Source: an uncultured delta proteobacterium
GTDB taxonomy: Bacteria > Myxococcota_A > Polyangia > Polyangiales > JAFGIB01
Reading direction: 5' to 3'
Length of the DNA: 64,000 bases
Assembly: GCA_963778655.1 (NCBI GenBank)
Contig: CAVZVA010000010.1
Location: 896,001-960,000 of the forward strand
Below are positions 1 through 9,817 of this stretch, one piece after another (the first letter of the stretch is position 1; each line of letters starts with the position of its first letter). Both the position numbers and the translations under genes were made by a program. The notes below the pieces were generated by a model. It was not told where the DNA came from. It did no database searches and saw only the letters and a list, made by a program, of their open reading frames with translations.

Positions 1-581
1 CGCGCGCCAGCCACGGCGGCGGGTCGGGAGGCGACGACGGCGTACGCCTGGGCGTGCAGCTGCGGCTCGACGCGCTCAACATGTTGGCGCTTTCCGCGCC
101 CGATCTGCAGGGGCTGAACGCGGCGGCGGTCGGACGGCGCCTGCTGGTACCGATGGTCGCGCCGGGCGCGCGCTTCTTGCAGCAGCGCATGTTCTTGGGG
201 CTTGGCCTGGGGTTGAGCGGCGCCAGCGAGAGCAACGGCAACAACAAGACCTCGCGCAGCGGCTGGTCGCTCTCGCCGCTCATCACCTATGACGTGCTGC
301 GCGACCAGGTGGCCGCGCTCTACCTGGTCGGGCTGCTCAACATGGCGCGCCTGGGCGAGAGCCGGCGCTGCAACGCGGGCGGTTGCGTGGACCAGGCCGA
401 CGATGTGTTCGGCTGGGGCCTCACGCTCGGCGCAGGTCTGAAGGGGATGCTCACCGAAGGTCTGGCGCTCGGCGGCGAGTTCGGCTGGGGCTTCCTCGAT
501 CTCTCCGTCAGCAACGGCCCCGACGCCTTCGTTCACGGCCTGTTCGGCAACCTCTACTTGGAAGCCTCGGTCGGGCTGTAG
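1..581 (+). CDS. Outer-membrane beta-barrel-like protein, 5' end outside window
   Basis: The frame is open from position 3. It has alternating amphipathic beta-strands (FGWGLTLGAGLKG, LALGGEFGWGFLDL) and a C-terminal strand NLYLEASVGL. Confidence 0.55.
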   Translation, partial: RASHGGGSGGDDGVRLGVQLRLDALNMLALSAPDLQGLNAAAVGRRLLVPMVAPGARFLQQRMFLGLGLGLSGASESNGNNKTSRSGWSLSPLITYDVLRDQVAALYLVGLLNMARLGESRRCNAGGCVDQADDVFGWGLTLGAGLKGMLTEGLALGGEFGWGFLDLSVSNGPDAFVHGLFGNLYLEASVGL

Positions 582-1202
582 CCGTCACGGCGCTGCCCGT
601 GGTACGGCGACCTCCAGCCTGGCCACGAACCCGCGGGAAGGAAGTAGTCTCCGGCGACAGACCGCGGACACTCGCGCGCCCGTGCGGCCGCTGCAATCTC
701 TTGCGTCATCACGAACGCGCATAGTCGATTGAGACAGCTCCTCAGCCAGACGAAGCGCTATTGGATCGCCCACAGGGCAGCCACGGGCTCGAAGGTGATC
801 GATGAACTCATCGATGCTGGCTTGCACCACAGTCCCTTTGACCGCAGGCGCCCAGCACCGAGCGTCGCTTCGACATCAGCGCGGAGCAGGACGCCGCCGC
901 GGGCCTCGTCAGATCCAAGCTCTAGCTCAAGTCGTTGGGCGGCCCTTGGCGCACACGGCACCACTGGCAGGTCCTGGTTCACGCGATCACGCTCGCGTAC
1001 GCTGCCAGATCCGTGGTCGAAATCGTCGGAACAGTGGTCGATGTCGAAACGATCGCCAGCGGTCGCCAGATTCGAGAGCTCCGACGCCTGCACGATCCGC
1101 CCTGTTGCCGCTTCTCTCCAGGAACGCACTACGTGGGCCAGTCCGCTCCGTTCCGTTGCCGGACAGACCCCACTGCGCCGGGCCGGGGTGCGAGCCCGCG
1201 GC

Positions 1203-2507
1203 TCAGCTGCCGTCGGCCCGTGTCGCTTCGCGGGTATGGCGGTAGCGCGCGATGGTGGTGGCCGGTGGGTTGACGCGCAGGATGCCGGCGGCGCCGTCCA
1301 CCAGCAGCGTGTCTTCGGGGCGGACCCAGGCGAACAGTCCGGCCACGTCGGCCAGCACTGGGACCGCGGCGGCGCGCGCCACCGCTACGCCCAGCGAGTC
1401 GTCGGGCAGCGGGCCGCCGGCGACCACGGCCGCGGCGCGCCCGCCGACCACGGTCAGCGCGGTGATCGCGGTCAGGCGCTCGGCCACCACCAGCACCTCG
1501 CCCGGGCTCGGCAGCGGCAGGCCGCTGGCGCAGGTCGCGAGCAGCAAGCACAGGTTCTCGACCTCGATCGCGCGCTGCTCGAGCAGCGGGTCGCCCTGGC
1601 TTGCGACGTAGGTGGCGACCGCGTACTCGCGGGCGACTTGCTTCAGGCCCGCGGCGATGCCGTGCTTCTGGCAGCGCTCGAGCGCGGTCGTGCGCAGGCG
1701 CTGGTCGTCCAGCATCAGCAGCAGTGAGCCGAGCGAGCCGCGCGCCGAAGGTTGCAGGTCTCCCTGCACGCGGCGCTCGGCCTTGCGCAGGATCGAGGAC
1801 ACGTCCTGGAAGGCCTGCTCGATGCGCGGCTCGGCGTCGTTGCTGCTGGTGCGCGGGGTGCGCAGCGCCTCCAGCGTGCCCAGCATGAATGCGCGGCCGA
1901 GCGCGGTGCCGGGCACCACGCTGTGCCCGTGCAGGCGCGCCGAGCGCGAGGGCGTGCGGCTGGCGTCGCCGCGGTGCTCGAGCGCGTGAGAAAACGTGGT
2001 CGCCAGCGCGGTGCCGAGCGCGACCTCGGTCTCGGCGAAGGCTGCGGCCTCCCCGCGCTGCAGCACCAGCACGCCCGCCACCGCGCCGCGCACCATCAGC
2101 GGAATCGCCAGCAAGCTCGGGAAGCGCTCCTCGCCCAGCTCCGGCACGTGCTTGTAGTGGACATCCTCCTGCGCGACCTGTGCGGAGATCGGCCGCATCA
2201 CCTCGGCCGCGGTGCCGGTGATGCCCTCGCCCAGGCTGAGCCGCACCTTGCCGATGGCCGAGGCCGGGAAGCCCACGTTGGCGCGCAGCACCAGGTGGTC
2301 GCCTTCGTCGCTCTGCTCGCGCACGTAGACGCTGACCACGTCTGCGTGTGCGATGGTGGCCGCGTGGCGACACATGCGCTGAAGGATCTTCGACAGCGGA
2401 CCGGCCTCGGACGCCGCTTCGATCAGACGCAGGATGCCGTCCACGCGCAGGTCGTCGCGCTCGTGCACGTGCATCCGAATCGGCTGGCGGTCGTCGTTCG
2501 CGGTCAT
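1203..2507 (-). CDS. GAF + PEP-utilising N-terminal/swivel domain protein (PtsP/EI-Ntr-like, lacks PEP-binding barrel)
   Basis: GAF domain (LVLRANVG..LSLGEGITG..SLLAIPL..VAGVLVLQ), then LHGHSVVPGTALGRA, then a swivel domain ending LLVDGAAGILRVNP. The protein stops there. Confidence 0.8.
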   Translation of the reverse strand: MTANDDRQPIRMHVHERDDLRVDGILRLIEAASEAGPLSKILQRMCRHAATIAHADVVSVYVREQSDEGDHLVLRANVGFPASAIGKVRLSLGEGITGTAAEVMRPISAQVAQEDVHYKHVPELGEERFPSLLAIPLMVRGAVAGVLVLQRGEAAAFAETEVALGTALATTFSHALEHRGDASRTPSRSARLHGHSVVPGTALGRAFMLGTLEALRTPRTSSNDAEPRIEQAFQDVSSILRKAERRVQGDLQPSARGSLGSLLLMLDDQRLRTTALERCQKHGIAAGLKQVAREYAVATYVASQGDPLLEQRAIEVENLCLLLATCASGLPLPSPGEVLVVAERLTAITALTVVGGRAAAVVAGGPLPDDSLGVAVARAAAVPVLADVAGLFAWVRPEDTLLVDGAAGILRVNPPATTIARYRHTREATRADGS

Positions 2508-2628
2508 GCTCGAGGCGTCATTGTAGGGCCAGCCGGGGCCGGCGCAATCGGCAATGCGGCGGCCGCCGGGACCGCCGTGCGGCACCCGCCCGACGCGCGC
2601 GCTTGCCCAGACGCAGGCGGCGTTCTAC

Positions 2629-2853
2629 ATGCTGGCCGTGGGTCAGCTAGGACGCATGCTGCTGCTGTTTTCCGCGCTGCTCGCGGTCGCCGGCGTCGTC
2701 CTGATCCTGGGAGACAAGCTCGGGCTCGGCCGCCTGCCCGGAGACCTGGTGTGGAAGCGCAAGGGCACGACCGTCTACTTCCCGATCGTGACCAGCATCC
2801 TGGTCAGCGTGGTGCTGACCGTGATCGTGAACCTGCTGCTGCGCCGCAAGTGA
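2629..2853 (+). CDS. DUF2905 family small membrane protein
   Basis: LGRLPGD....YFPIVTSILVSVVLT signature with two TM helices. Confidence 0.85.
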   Translation: MLAVGQLGRMLLLFSALLAVAGVVLILGDKLGLGRLPGDLVWKRKGTTVYFPIVTSILVSVVLTVIVNLLLRRK

Positions 2854-2895
2854 GCACGCGCGCGGTCGCGCGCCGCTCGTGCGGTGCGCCGGCGT

Positions 2896-3687
2896 TCAGC
2901 CTTCGCCCGCGCCCTCGTCGGCTGCGGGCTTCTTCTTGGTGAGGCCGCGCTGGCTGTCCATCCAGTCGAAGATCGGCCCGAAGCGCTCCAGGTAGTACTC
3001 GACCGCACCCGCGTGGGCGGCCAGCTTTTCGCTGAGCGTGCGGTAGAACCGCAGGTTCAGCGGGCCGGGGGGCGCGCGCATGGCGCGGCCTTGGCGCTCC
3101 AGGTCTTTGATCAGGGTCGACCACCAGCGCACCTGTCGCTGGAACAAGCGGTTCTGTGTGGCCTTGGCGACTTGGCGCCAGAACTCGACGCGAAAGCGGA
3201 CGATCTCTTCCGGAGTCGGCTTCTCGCTGACGCTCGCGATGATGTCGCGCAGCGCCGCGACCTCCTGCTCCGAGATGCGGCGCTGGGCCAGTACCAGCAG
3301 CGGCAGCATGAACAACGCCTGGTTCTCGAGCGCGTCCGTGGCTAGCTTGGCCTCGGGAGCCGACAGCTCCATCTGCAGCTGGATCAGGCGGATGTCGGTC
3401 GACTCGTCCGGATCGAGCACGATCGTGGCGCTGCCCTGGCGCACGCGGACCAGCCCGAGGTCCTCCAGCCGGTGGATCGCCTGGCGCACCACCAGCGCCG
3501 ATACGTTGAACTGCTTGGCCAGGTCGCGCTGGGTCGCCAGCGGCTCGCCCGGCTTGAGCTCCGCGGCGAGGATCGCGCGCGCGAGCGACTCGAACACGTG
3601 ATCGGCGATACGCTGCCGCACCGGCGGCTCGGCGCGAAACACGCCCGTGGTGCTCGGGTGGGAATCATCGGGGAGGGTGGATGCCAT
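2896..3687 (-). CDS. GntR/FadR family transcriptional regulator
   Basis: wHTH motif LKPGEPLATQRDLAKQFNVSALVVRQAIHRLEDLGLVRVRQGSA and an FCD-like C-terminus. Confidence 0.9.
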   Translation of the reverse strand: MASTLPDDSHPSTTGVFRAEPPVRQRIADHVFESLARAILAAELKPGEPLATQRDLAKQFNVSALVVRQAIHRLEDLGLVRVRQGSATIVLDPDESTDIRLIQLQMELSAPEAKLATDALENQALFMLPLLVLAQRRISEQEVAALRDIIASVSEKPTPEEIVRFRVEFWRQVAKATQNRLFQRQVRWWSTLIKDLERQGRAMRAPPGPLNLRFYRTLSEKLAAHAGAVEYYLERFGPIFDWMDSQRGLTKKKPAADEGAGEG

Positions 3688-3916
3688 GGTCCGCTACTCT
3701 CGCTCGCTCGGCCAGCACGGGGCACTGGCTGGACCCACAGGGCACTTGGCGACCCCACCACCGCTTGGCATCCTATTATAAGTTGTCGAGATCTCAAGGG
3801 GTCCGTCCCCGATGCAGGTACCCCAAGCTAGGCAAACGGCGCGCGCAGCCGGCGATTCAGCGCAGCCGGAGAGCCGGTGGCTTGCGGGCGCCGGCGGGCG
3901 GCGCACAGTGGGGCCG

Positions 3917-5044
3917 GTGAGCGGGTCCGTTTCCACGCCGGAAGCAGGCTTGTGCGGTCGTTGCACACATCAGCGACAGGTGCGCTCGGCGCGCGGGGCC
4001 ACCTACCTGCTGTGCGGGCGCAGCCGCGACAATCCTGCCTACCCCAGATATCCAGGATTGCCGGTTCGCCGCTGCAACGGCTATGTCCCCGCCATGCTGC
4101 ACCGCACGCTCGAGGTCGAGGGCCTGAGGCTGCACCTGGCCGAGCAGGGTGAGGGCCCGCTGGTGCTGTTGCTGCACGGCTTTCCGGAGAGCTGGTACTC
4201 GTGGCGACACCAGCTGCCGGCGCTGGCCGAGGCCGGCTTTCGCGCCGTGGCTCCAGACCAGCGCGGCTACGCCGACAGCGACGCGCCCGAGGCGCCCGAG
4301 AGCTACGACGTCGTCCAGCTGGCGCAGGACGCGGCTTCCTTGCTGGACGCGCTGGGGGAAACGCGTGCGGTGGTGGTGGGCCACGACTGGGGCGCCCAGG
4401 TCGCCTGGCAGATGGCGCTGTTGCACCCGCAGCGCGTGCGCGCGGTGGTGGGCATGAGCGTGCCGCACGGCGGCCGCTCCTCGAGCGCGCCGCTGCCTCG
4501 GCTGCGCAAGGCGTACGCGGACGCGTTCTTCTACATGCTCTACTTCCAGCAGCCCGGGGTGGCCGAGGCCGAGCTCGAAGCCGACGTCCGCCGCTCGCTG
4601 CGCATGTTCTACTATTCGGGCTCCGGCGAGGCGCCGGCGGGCAGCGCCTTCTCGGCGCGGCCCAAGAGCGCCAAGCTGCTCGACACCATGCTGGACACCG
4701 ACACGCTGCCCGCGTGGCTGAGCGCGGCCGACCTCGACTACTACACCGCCCAGTTCGAGCACAGCGGCTTTCGCGGCCCGCTGTGCTGGTACCGCAACCT
4801 CAATCGCAACTGGGAACGCACCGCCGCGCTTGCGGGCAAGCGGGTCGAGCAGCCCGCGCTGTTCATCGCCGGCGAGCGCGACCCGGTGCTCGGCTGGAGC
4901 ACGCGAGCGCTCGAGCGCATGGCCGAGCAGGTGCCGGGGTTGCGCGAGCAGCTGCTGCTGCCCGGCTGCGGCCACTGGGTGCAACAGGAACGCGCGCACG
5001 AGGTCAATGCCGCGTTGTTGCGTTTCCTCGGACAGCTCGAGTAG
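3917..5044 (+). CDS. Alpha/beta epoxide hydrolase (core from ATG 4094) preceded in frame by a small Cys-rich domain
   Basis: LLHGFPE, PDQRGY, GHDWGA and CGHWVQQE motifs. The upstream in-frame segment is CGRC..C..YPRYPGLPVRRC. Start is 3917 or 4094. Confidence 0.85.
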   Translation: MSGSVSTPEAGLCGRCTHQRQVRSARGATYLLCGRSRDNPAYPRYPGLPVRRCNGYVPAMLHRTLEVEGLRLHLAEQGEGPLVLLLHGFPESWYSWRHQLPALAEAGFRAVAPDQRGYADSDAPEAPESYDVVQLAQDAASLLDALGETRAVVVGHDWGAQVAWQMALLHPQRVRAVVGMSVPHGGRSSSAPLPRLRKAYADAFFYMLYFQQPGVAEAELEADVRRSLRMFYYSGSGEAPAGSAFSARPKSAKLLDTMLDTDTLPAWLSAADLDYYTAQFEHSGFRGPLCWYRNLNRNWERTAALAGKRVEQPALFIAGERDPVLGWSTRALERMAEQVPGLREQLLLPGCGHWVQQERAHEVNAALLRFLGQLE

Positions 5045-5052
5045 ATCACGGC

Positions 5053-5895
5053 GTGCAAACACGGCTGCCATTGTGGCAGGCGGCGCTCTGGGTGCTGCTG
5101 GGGGCCGCCGCCGCGCAGATCGCAGGCGGCATGGTCGCGGCGCTGTTGCGGGCGTGGCTGTTCGCGCGCGCGGCGCACACCCACCACGCCGCACCGCAGG
5201 CGGCAGTGGTGGTGCCGGCGCTGCTGGCTTCGGCCGCCACGCTGATCACGATCTCGCTGCTGGCGCCCACGCTCGCGCAGGTGCCGCTGCGGCGGGCGCT
5301 CGGCCTGCGCCGCGCGCCGTGGTCGTGCTACCTGGCGGCCGCGGTCGGCACCGTGATGCTGGGCCCCACGGCCGACGCCATGATGCGCGCGATGCAGGAG
5401 CTGCTGCCCGACCTCAGCCTGGGGGTCGTGCCGATGCTGCACGACCTCGTGCGCGATATGCCGGTGGCCCTGGCCTGGCCCGCGTTCGCGCTGCTGCCCG
5501 GCATCTCCGAGGAGCTGCTGTTTCGCGGTCTGCTGCAGACGGCCGCCGAACGCACCCGCTTCGCGATCGCGCTCTCCGCGCTGAGCTTCGCGCTGTTTCA
5601 CCTCGACCCGCACCATATTGCCGGCGTGTTGCCGCTGGGGTTCTTCTTGGCCTGGGTGGCTTCGCGCTGCGGCACCCTGGTCACCATCTGCGCGCACGTG
5701 GCCAACAACACTGCGGCCATCGCGGCGCTGCACAGCTCGACCTTCGACGTCGGCTACGGCACCGAGGCCCCGATGCCGCTCTCCTGGCTACCGGCCAGCC
5801 TGGCGGTGGTTGCCCTGTGCGCCGTGGTGATCGTGCGAGCGACCGAACGGCCGGCGGGCGGGTCGCTTCCCGGTTCCGAAACCGGCGAGTTGTGA
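5053..5895 (+). CDS. CPBP (CAAX/Abi) family intramembrane metalloprotease
   Basis: PGISEELLFRG, FALFH and HVANN motifs with multiple TM helices. Confidence 0.9.
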   Translation: MQTRLPLWQAALWVLLGAAAAQIAGGMVAALLRAWLFARAAHTHHAAPQAAVVVPALLASAATLITISLLAPTLAQVPLRRALGLRRAPWSCYLAAAVGTVMLGPTADAMMRAMQELLPDLSLGVVPMLHDLVRDMPVALAWPAFALLPGISEELLFRGLLQTAAERTRFAIALSALSFALFHLDPHHIAGVLPLGFFLAWVASRCGTLVTICAHVANNTAAIAALHSSTFDVGYGTEAPMPLSWLPASLAVVALCAVVIVRATERPAGGSLPGSETGEL

Positions 5896-5909
5896 GCTAC
5901 GCTGCGCGC

Positions 5910-6821
5910 ATGTTGAAGATCGACCTGACCGGAAAGCGCGCCTTCGTGGCGGGCGTGGCCGACGACGCCGGCTTCGGCTTCGCCATCAGCAAGCAGCTGG
6001 CGATGGCCGGCGCCAGCGTGTGCGTCGGGACCTGGCCGCCCACGTACACCATCTTCACCAAGCTGCTCGAGCGCAAGATCAAGGACTCGCTGCAGTTCCC
6101 GGACGGCGGCGAGCTGCAGTTCGAGCGCATCTACGCCTTCGACGGTGACTTCGACACGCTCGCGGACGCCCCCGCCGAGGTGCGTGAGAACCGGCGCTAC
6201 AAGGACCACGACGACTTCTCGATCCAGGGCGTGGCCGACAAGATCAAAGCCGATTTCGGCGACAAGCCGATCGACATCGTGGTGCACAGCTTCGCCAACG
6301 GGCCCGAGGTCAAGAAGGCGCTGATCCACACCAGCCGCAAGGGCTATCTGTCGGCGATCGGCTCGAGCGCCTATTCGTTCGTGTCGATGGTCAAGCGTTT
6401 CGGGCCGCTGCTGCGGCCGCACGCGGCGTTCTTGAATCTGAGCTTTCTGGCGGCCGAGCGTGTGGTGCCCGGCTACGGCGGCGGCATGTCGTCGGCCAAG
6501 GCTGCGCTCGAGTGCGACACGCGCACGCTCGCCTACGAGGCCGGCCGCCTGTACGGTGCGCGGGTCAACAGCATCTCCGCCGGCCCCTGGGCCTCACGCG
6601 CGGCCAGCGCGATCGGCTTCATCGGCACCATGATCGACTACAACCAGCGCAACGCGCCGCTGCCCGAGCCGATCACCGCGACCGAGGTCGGCCAGACCGC
6701 GGCGTTCTTGTGCAGCCCGCTGGCCAGCGGGATCACCGGCAGCGTGCTGCACGTGGACAAGGGCTTCCACGCCATGGCCGTCGCGATCGACGCGGTGCCC
6801 AACAACCTGCACGACGAGTGA
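5910..6821 (+). CDS. fabI: Enoyl-ACP reductase, plant/Chlamydia-type FabI
   Basis: IDLTGKRAFVAGVADDAGFG, VHSFANGPEV, PGYGGGMSSAKAALE and RVNSISAGP motifs. Confidence 0.92.
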   Translation: MLKIDLTGKRAFVAGVADDAGFGFAISKQLAMAGASVCVGTWPPTYTIFTKLLERKIKDSLQFPDGGELQFERIYAFDGDFDTLADAPAEVRENRRYKDHDDFSIQGVADKIKADFGDKPIDIVVHSFANGPEVKKALIHTSRKGYLSAIGSSAYSFVSMVKRFGPLLRPHAAFLNLSFLAAERVVPGYGGGMSSAKAALECDTRTLAYEAGRLYGARVNSISAGPWASRAASAIGFIGTMIDYNQRNAPLPEPITATEVGQTAAFLCSPLASGITGSVLHVDKGFHAMAVAIDAVPNNLHDE

Positions 6822-6879
6822 GCGAGCACATCGGTTCGCAACCGGGCGGGCCAGGCCCGGCAGCCGAATGGGCCATGAA

Positions 6880-6985
6880 ACAGGAAGGTGGGAAGACGGG
6901 AAGACGGGAAGGGCCGGCGATTGTTCGTCGCGGCACGCGGGACTTTGCGCTTGAATCTCATCTTCTCGTCTTCCGGTCTTCCTGT
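6880..6985. repeat. Intergenic imperfect inverted repeat built from GGGAAGAC units (REP-like)
   Basis: ACAGGAAGGTGGGAAGACGGGAAGACGGGAAG ... CTTCTCGTCTTCCGGTCTTCCTGT. Confidence 0.6.
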
Positions 6986-7049
6986 GATTCGTGCCCCTGC
7001 GGCCGTGCGTAGCTTGCGCGGCGCGTCCTCTCTGGCACGCTGCGTTCGC

Positions 7050-8102
7050 ATGGCGCGCGAGATCAGCCACGCTTACGCGGACCCGGTCGACGAGATCTGG
7101 CTCGCGACCGCGCGCAAGCTCGGGCTGAGGGTCGAGCGCGGCGACGCGGCGTATGCCAGCTACGACGGCCAGGGCAAGCTGGACATCGCCGCGCCGCGGC
7201 ACCTCGACCAGGACGACTCGCTGGCGCAGATCATCTTTCACGAGCTGTGTCACGCGCTGGTGGCCGGGCCCGAGGCGATGCGGCGCGCCGACTGGGGCCT
7301 GTCCAACACCGACGCGCGCGACGAGCTGAGCGAGCACGCCTGCCATAGGCTGCAGGCGGCGCTGAGCGACCGTCACGGGCTGCGCGCGCTGATGGCGGTG
7401 ACGACCGATCACCGGCCTTACTGGGACGCACTGCCCGACGATCCGCTCGCACCTGGCGCTGATCCCGCGATCGCGCTGGCGCAAGCGGGTTGGCAGCGCG
7501 CGCGCTCGGGTCCCTGGGCGGAGGCGCTGCAGCGCGCGCTCGCGGCCACCGCGGCCGTGGCCGAGGCGGTGCGACCGTTCGCGTCGCCGCGCTCGCTGTG
7601 GCAGCAGACCCAGCGCCTGCACGCGAGCGGCTTTCCGCTCGGGCGCGGGCAGCTTTCGGAGCGCAGCTGCGGGCAGTGCGCGTGGCTGTTCCGGGGAGGT
7701 CCGGGGCGCCCGCTGCCGCGTTGCCGCCAGACCCGCGCCGGTGCGCGCTCGGTCGCGCGGCGGGTGCAACCGAGCGACCCGGCCTGCGAGCGCTTCGAGC
7801 CGGCCTTCGGCGCGGAAGCGTGCGGCAGCTGCGGCGCGTGCTGCCGGCAGGGTTTCGACCTGGTGCCGGTGCGCGCGCGCGAGCCGATCCTCAAGCGCCA
7901 CCCGCAGCTGGTGCAGCACGATCGTCACGGCGCCTGCCTGCCACGCCCGGACGGCCGCTGCGTTGGATTGGACGGCGACGGCGGCGCGGCGCGACCGTAC
8001 CGCTGCCGCGTGTATGCAGACCGCCCGCGCGCGTGCGCCGAGTTCGAGCTGGGCGGCGACGCCTGCCTGCAAGCCCGCCGGCGCGTGGGAATGAGCCGCT
8101 AG
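7050..8102 (+). CDS. HExxH domain fused to YkgJ-like Cys-cluster (Fe-S/Zn) domain
   Basis: IIFHELCH, CGQC, CGSCGACC and CRVYADRPRACAEF motifs. Confidence 0.8.
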   Translation: MAREISHAYADPVDEIWLATARKLGLRVERGDAAYASYDGQGKLDIAAPRHLDQDDSLAQIIFHELCHALVAGPEAMRRADWGLSNTDARDELSEHACHRLQAALSDRHGLRALMAVTTDHRPYWDALPDDPLAPGADPAIALAQAGWQRARSGPWAEALQRALAATAAVAEAVRPFASPRSLWQQTQRLHASGFPLGRGQLSERSCGQCAWLFRGGPGRPLPRCRQTRAGARSVARRVQPSDPACERFEPAFGAEACGSCGACCRQGFDLVPVRAREPILKRHPQLVQHDRHGACLPRPDGRCVGLDGDGGAARPYRCRVYADRPRACAEFELGGDACLQARRRVGMSR

Positions 8103-8114
8103 CGTGGTGGAACC

Positions 8115-8603
8115 ATGACGCGTGAGATACCCGAAGTACCGATCCGCAGCTTTCATCGAGACGAGGAGGGTCAGTGGGTCGCGACGCTCGAGTGTGGGCA
8201 TTTGCAGCACGTGCGACACCGCCCGCCGATGGAGACGCGAGCTTGGGTGCTGAGCGAGGAAGGGCGACGCGGGCACATCGGCGCGCCGCTTGCGTGCCGC
8301 GCGTGCCGCATGCCGCGGATCCCGGGCGCGGCGCAGGAGTACAAGCGCAGCTCGATATTCGACGCGGCCACGGTGCCTGCGGGCCTGCTTCAGCGCCACA
8401 CGCTCAAGGCCGGTGTCTGGGCGGAGATCGTCGTGGTCGAGGGACGCGTGCTGTACGTGATCGAAGACGAGGACGACGCCTCCTTTGTCCTGCACCCGGG
8501 CTTGGCCGGTTGGGTGGCGCCGCAGGCCCCTCACCACGTCGAGCTTCTGCACGGCGCGCGCTTCTTCGTTCGCTTTCTGCGGATCGCCACACCGGGCGCA
8601 TGA
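8115..8603 (+). CDS. DUF3565 + DUF1971 (TehB/YeaR-like cupin) protein
   Basis: FHRDEEGQWVATLECGHLQHVRHRPP...CRAC, followed by YKRS..FDAATVPAGLL..HTLKAGVW. Confidence 0.85.
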   Translation: MTREIPEVPIRSFHRDEEGQWVATLECGHLQHVRHRPPMETRAWVLSEEGRRGHIGAPLACRACRMPRIPGAAQEYKRSSIFDAATVPAGLLQRHTLKAGVWAEIVVVEGRVLYVIEDEDDASFVLHPGLAGWVAPQAPHHVELLHGARFFVRFLRIATPGA

Positions 8604-8647
8604 CATCGGGCCGATCCGGCTCTACAACCAGCGCTGGGAGGCCCGTC

Positions 8648-9766
8648 ATGAAAGCTCGCGTCGCCGTGCTCAGAACCACCCCCGCCAACGTGTTGCGTGA
8701 CTACGCGCGCCTGCAGGAGCTGGCCGAGGTCCAGCGCTTCCTCGACAAGGGCGCGACCACGATCTTGAAGGACAACATCAGCTGGCACTTCCCGATGCCG
8801 AGCGCCAACACCACGCCCTGGCAACTCGAAGGCACGATCCTCGGGCTGCGGGCCAGCGGCTACGCGGACCTGGCCTGCGTGCAAAACGAGACCGTCGTGA
8901 TCGACGCGTTCAAAGGCGAAGACCTCAACCTGTTCACTCCGATCTTCGCCGCCTACGGGATCCCGGTGCTCTACAACTTCAAGCCCGAGGACATGCAGTG
9001 GAGTGCCTATCGGCCCAAGGGCCGCATGCTGGCGCTCGATCACATCTTCCCCGACGGCATCCGCATCCCGAGCTATTTCCACGGCAAGAACATCGTTCAC
9101 CTGCCCACGGTCAAATGCCACATCTATACGACCACGACCGGCGCGATGAAGAACGCGTTCGGCGGGCTGCTGGCCACGCACCGTCACTACACGCACACCT
9201 GGATCCATCAGGTGCTGTGCGATCTGCTGGTGATCCAGAAGGAGATCCACGCCGGGCTGTTCGCGGTGATGGACGGCACGACCGCGGGCAACGGGCCCGG
9301 CCCGCGCACGATGGAGCCGGAGGTTCGCAACGTGATCCTGGCCAGCGGTGACCAGGTGGCGATCGACGCGGTGGCGGCGAAGATGATGGGCTTCGACCCG
9401 CTCTCGATCGAGTACATCCGCACCGCGCATCAGCTCGGTCTGGGGGTGGGCGACCCGCGCGAGATCGAGCTGTGCGGTGATGACGTGTCGGACGAGAACT
9501 GGCACTTTAAAGTCGGGGTCAACTTGCATCGGGTGCTGGGCTGGCTCGGCTGGTTTGGGCCGACCAAGGTGTTGCAGAAGGCGATCTTCCGCACGCCGCT
9601 GGTGCGCTTTCCGATCTTCGTGAGCGAGGCGAATCACGACTACCTGCAATGGCCGCTCCGCTACGAGGCCAAGTTCAAGCACTGGCGCGCCGAAACCCCC
9701 TGGGGCCAGCTCTTCCAGCAATACGAATCCCGCGGCAGCCTGGCGGCGGTCGCCGCCGCGGAATGA
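8648..9766 (+). CDS. DUF362 domain protein
   Basis: LKDNISWH, LPTVKCH..TTTTGAMKNAFGGL, MDGTTAGNGPGP and DQVAIDAVAAKMMG motifs. Confidence 0.85.
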   Translation: MKARVAVLRTTPANVLRDYARLQELAEVQRFLDKGATTILKDNISWHFPMPSANTTPWQLEGTILGLRASGYADLACVQNETVVIDAFKGEDLNLFTPIFAAYGIPVLYNFKPEDMQWSAYRPKGRMLALDHIFPDGIRIPSYFHGKNIVHLPTVKCHIYTTTTGAMKNAFGGLLATHRHYTHTWIHQVLCDLLVIQKEIHAGLFAVMDGTTAGNGPGPRTMEPEVRNVILASGDQVAIDAVAAKMMGFDPLSIEYIRTAHQLGLGVGDPREIELCGDDVSDENWHFKVGVNLHRVLGWLGWFGPTKVLQKAIFRTPLVRFPIFVSEANHDYLQWPLRYEAKFKHWRAETPWGQLFQQYESRGSLAAVAAAE

Positions 9767-9817
9767 GCCGCGCTCCGCTTGCGTTGCGTCGAACGAATGG
9801 GGTGGTATGATTCTGGT

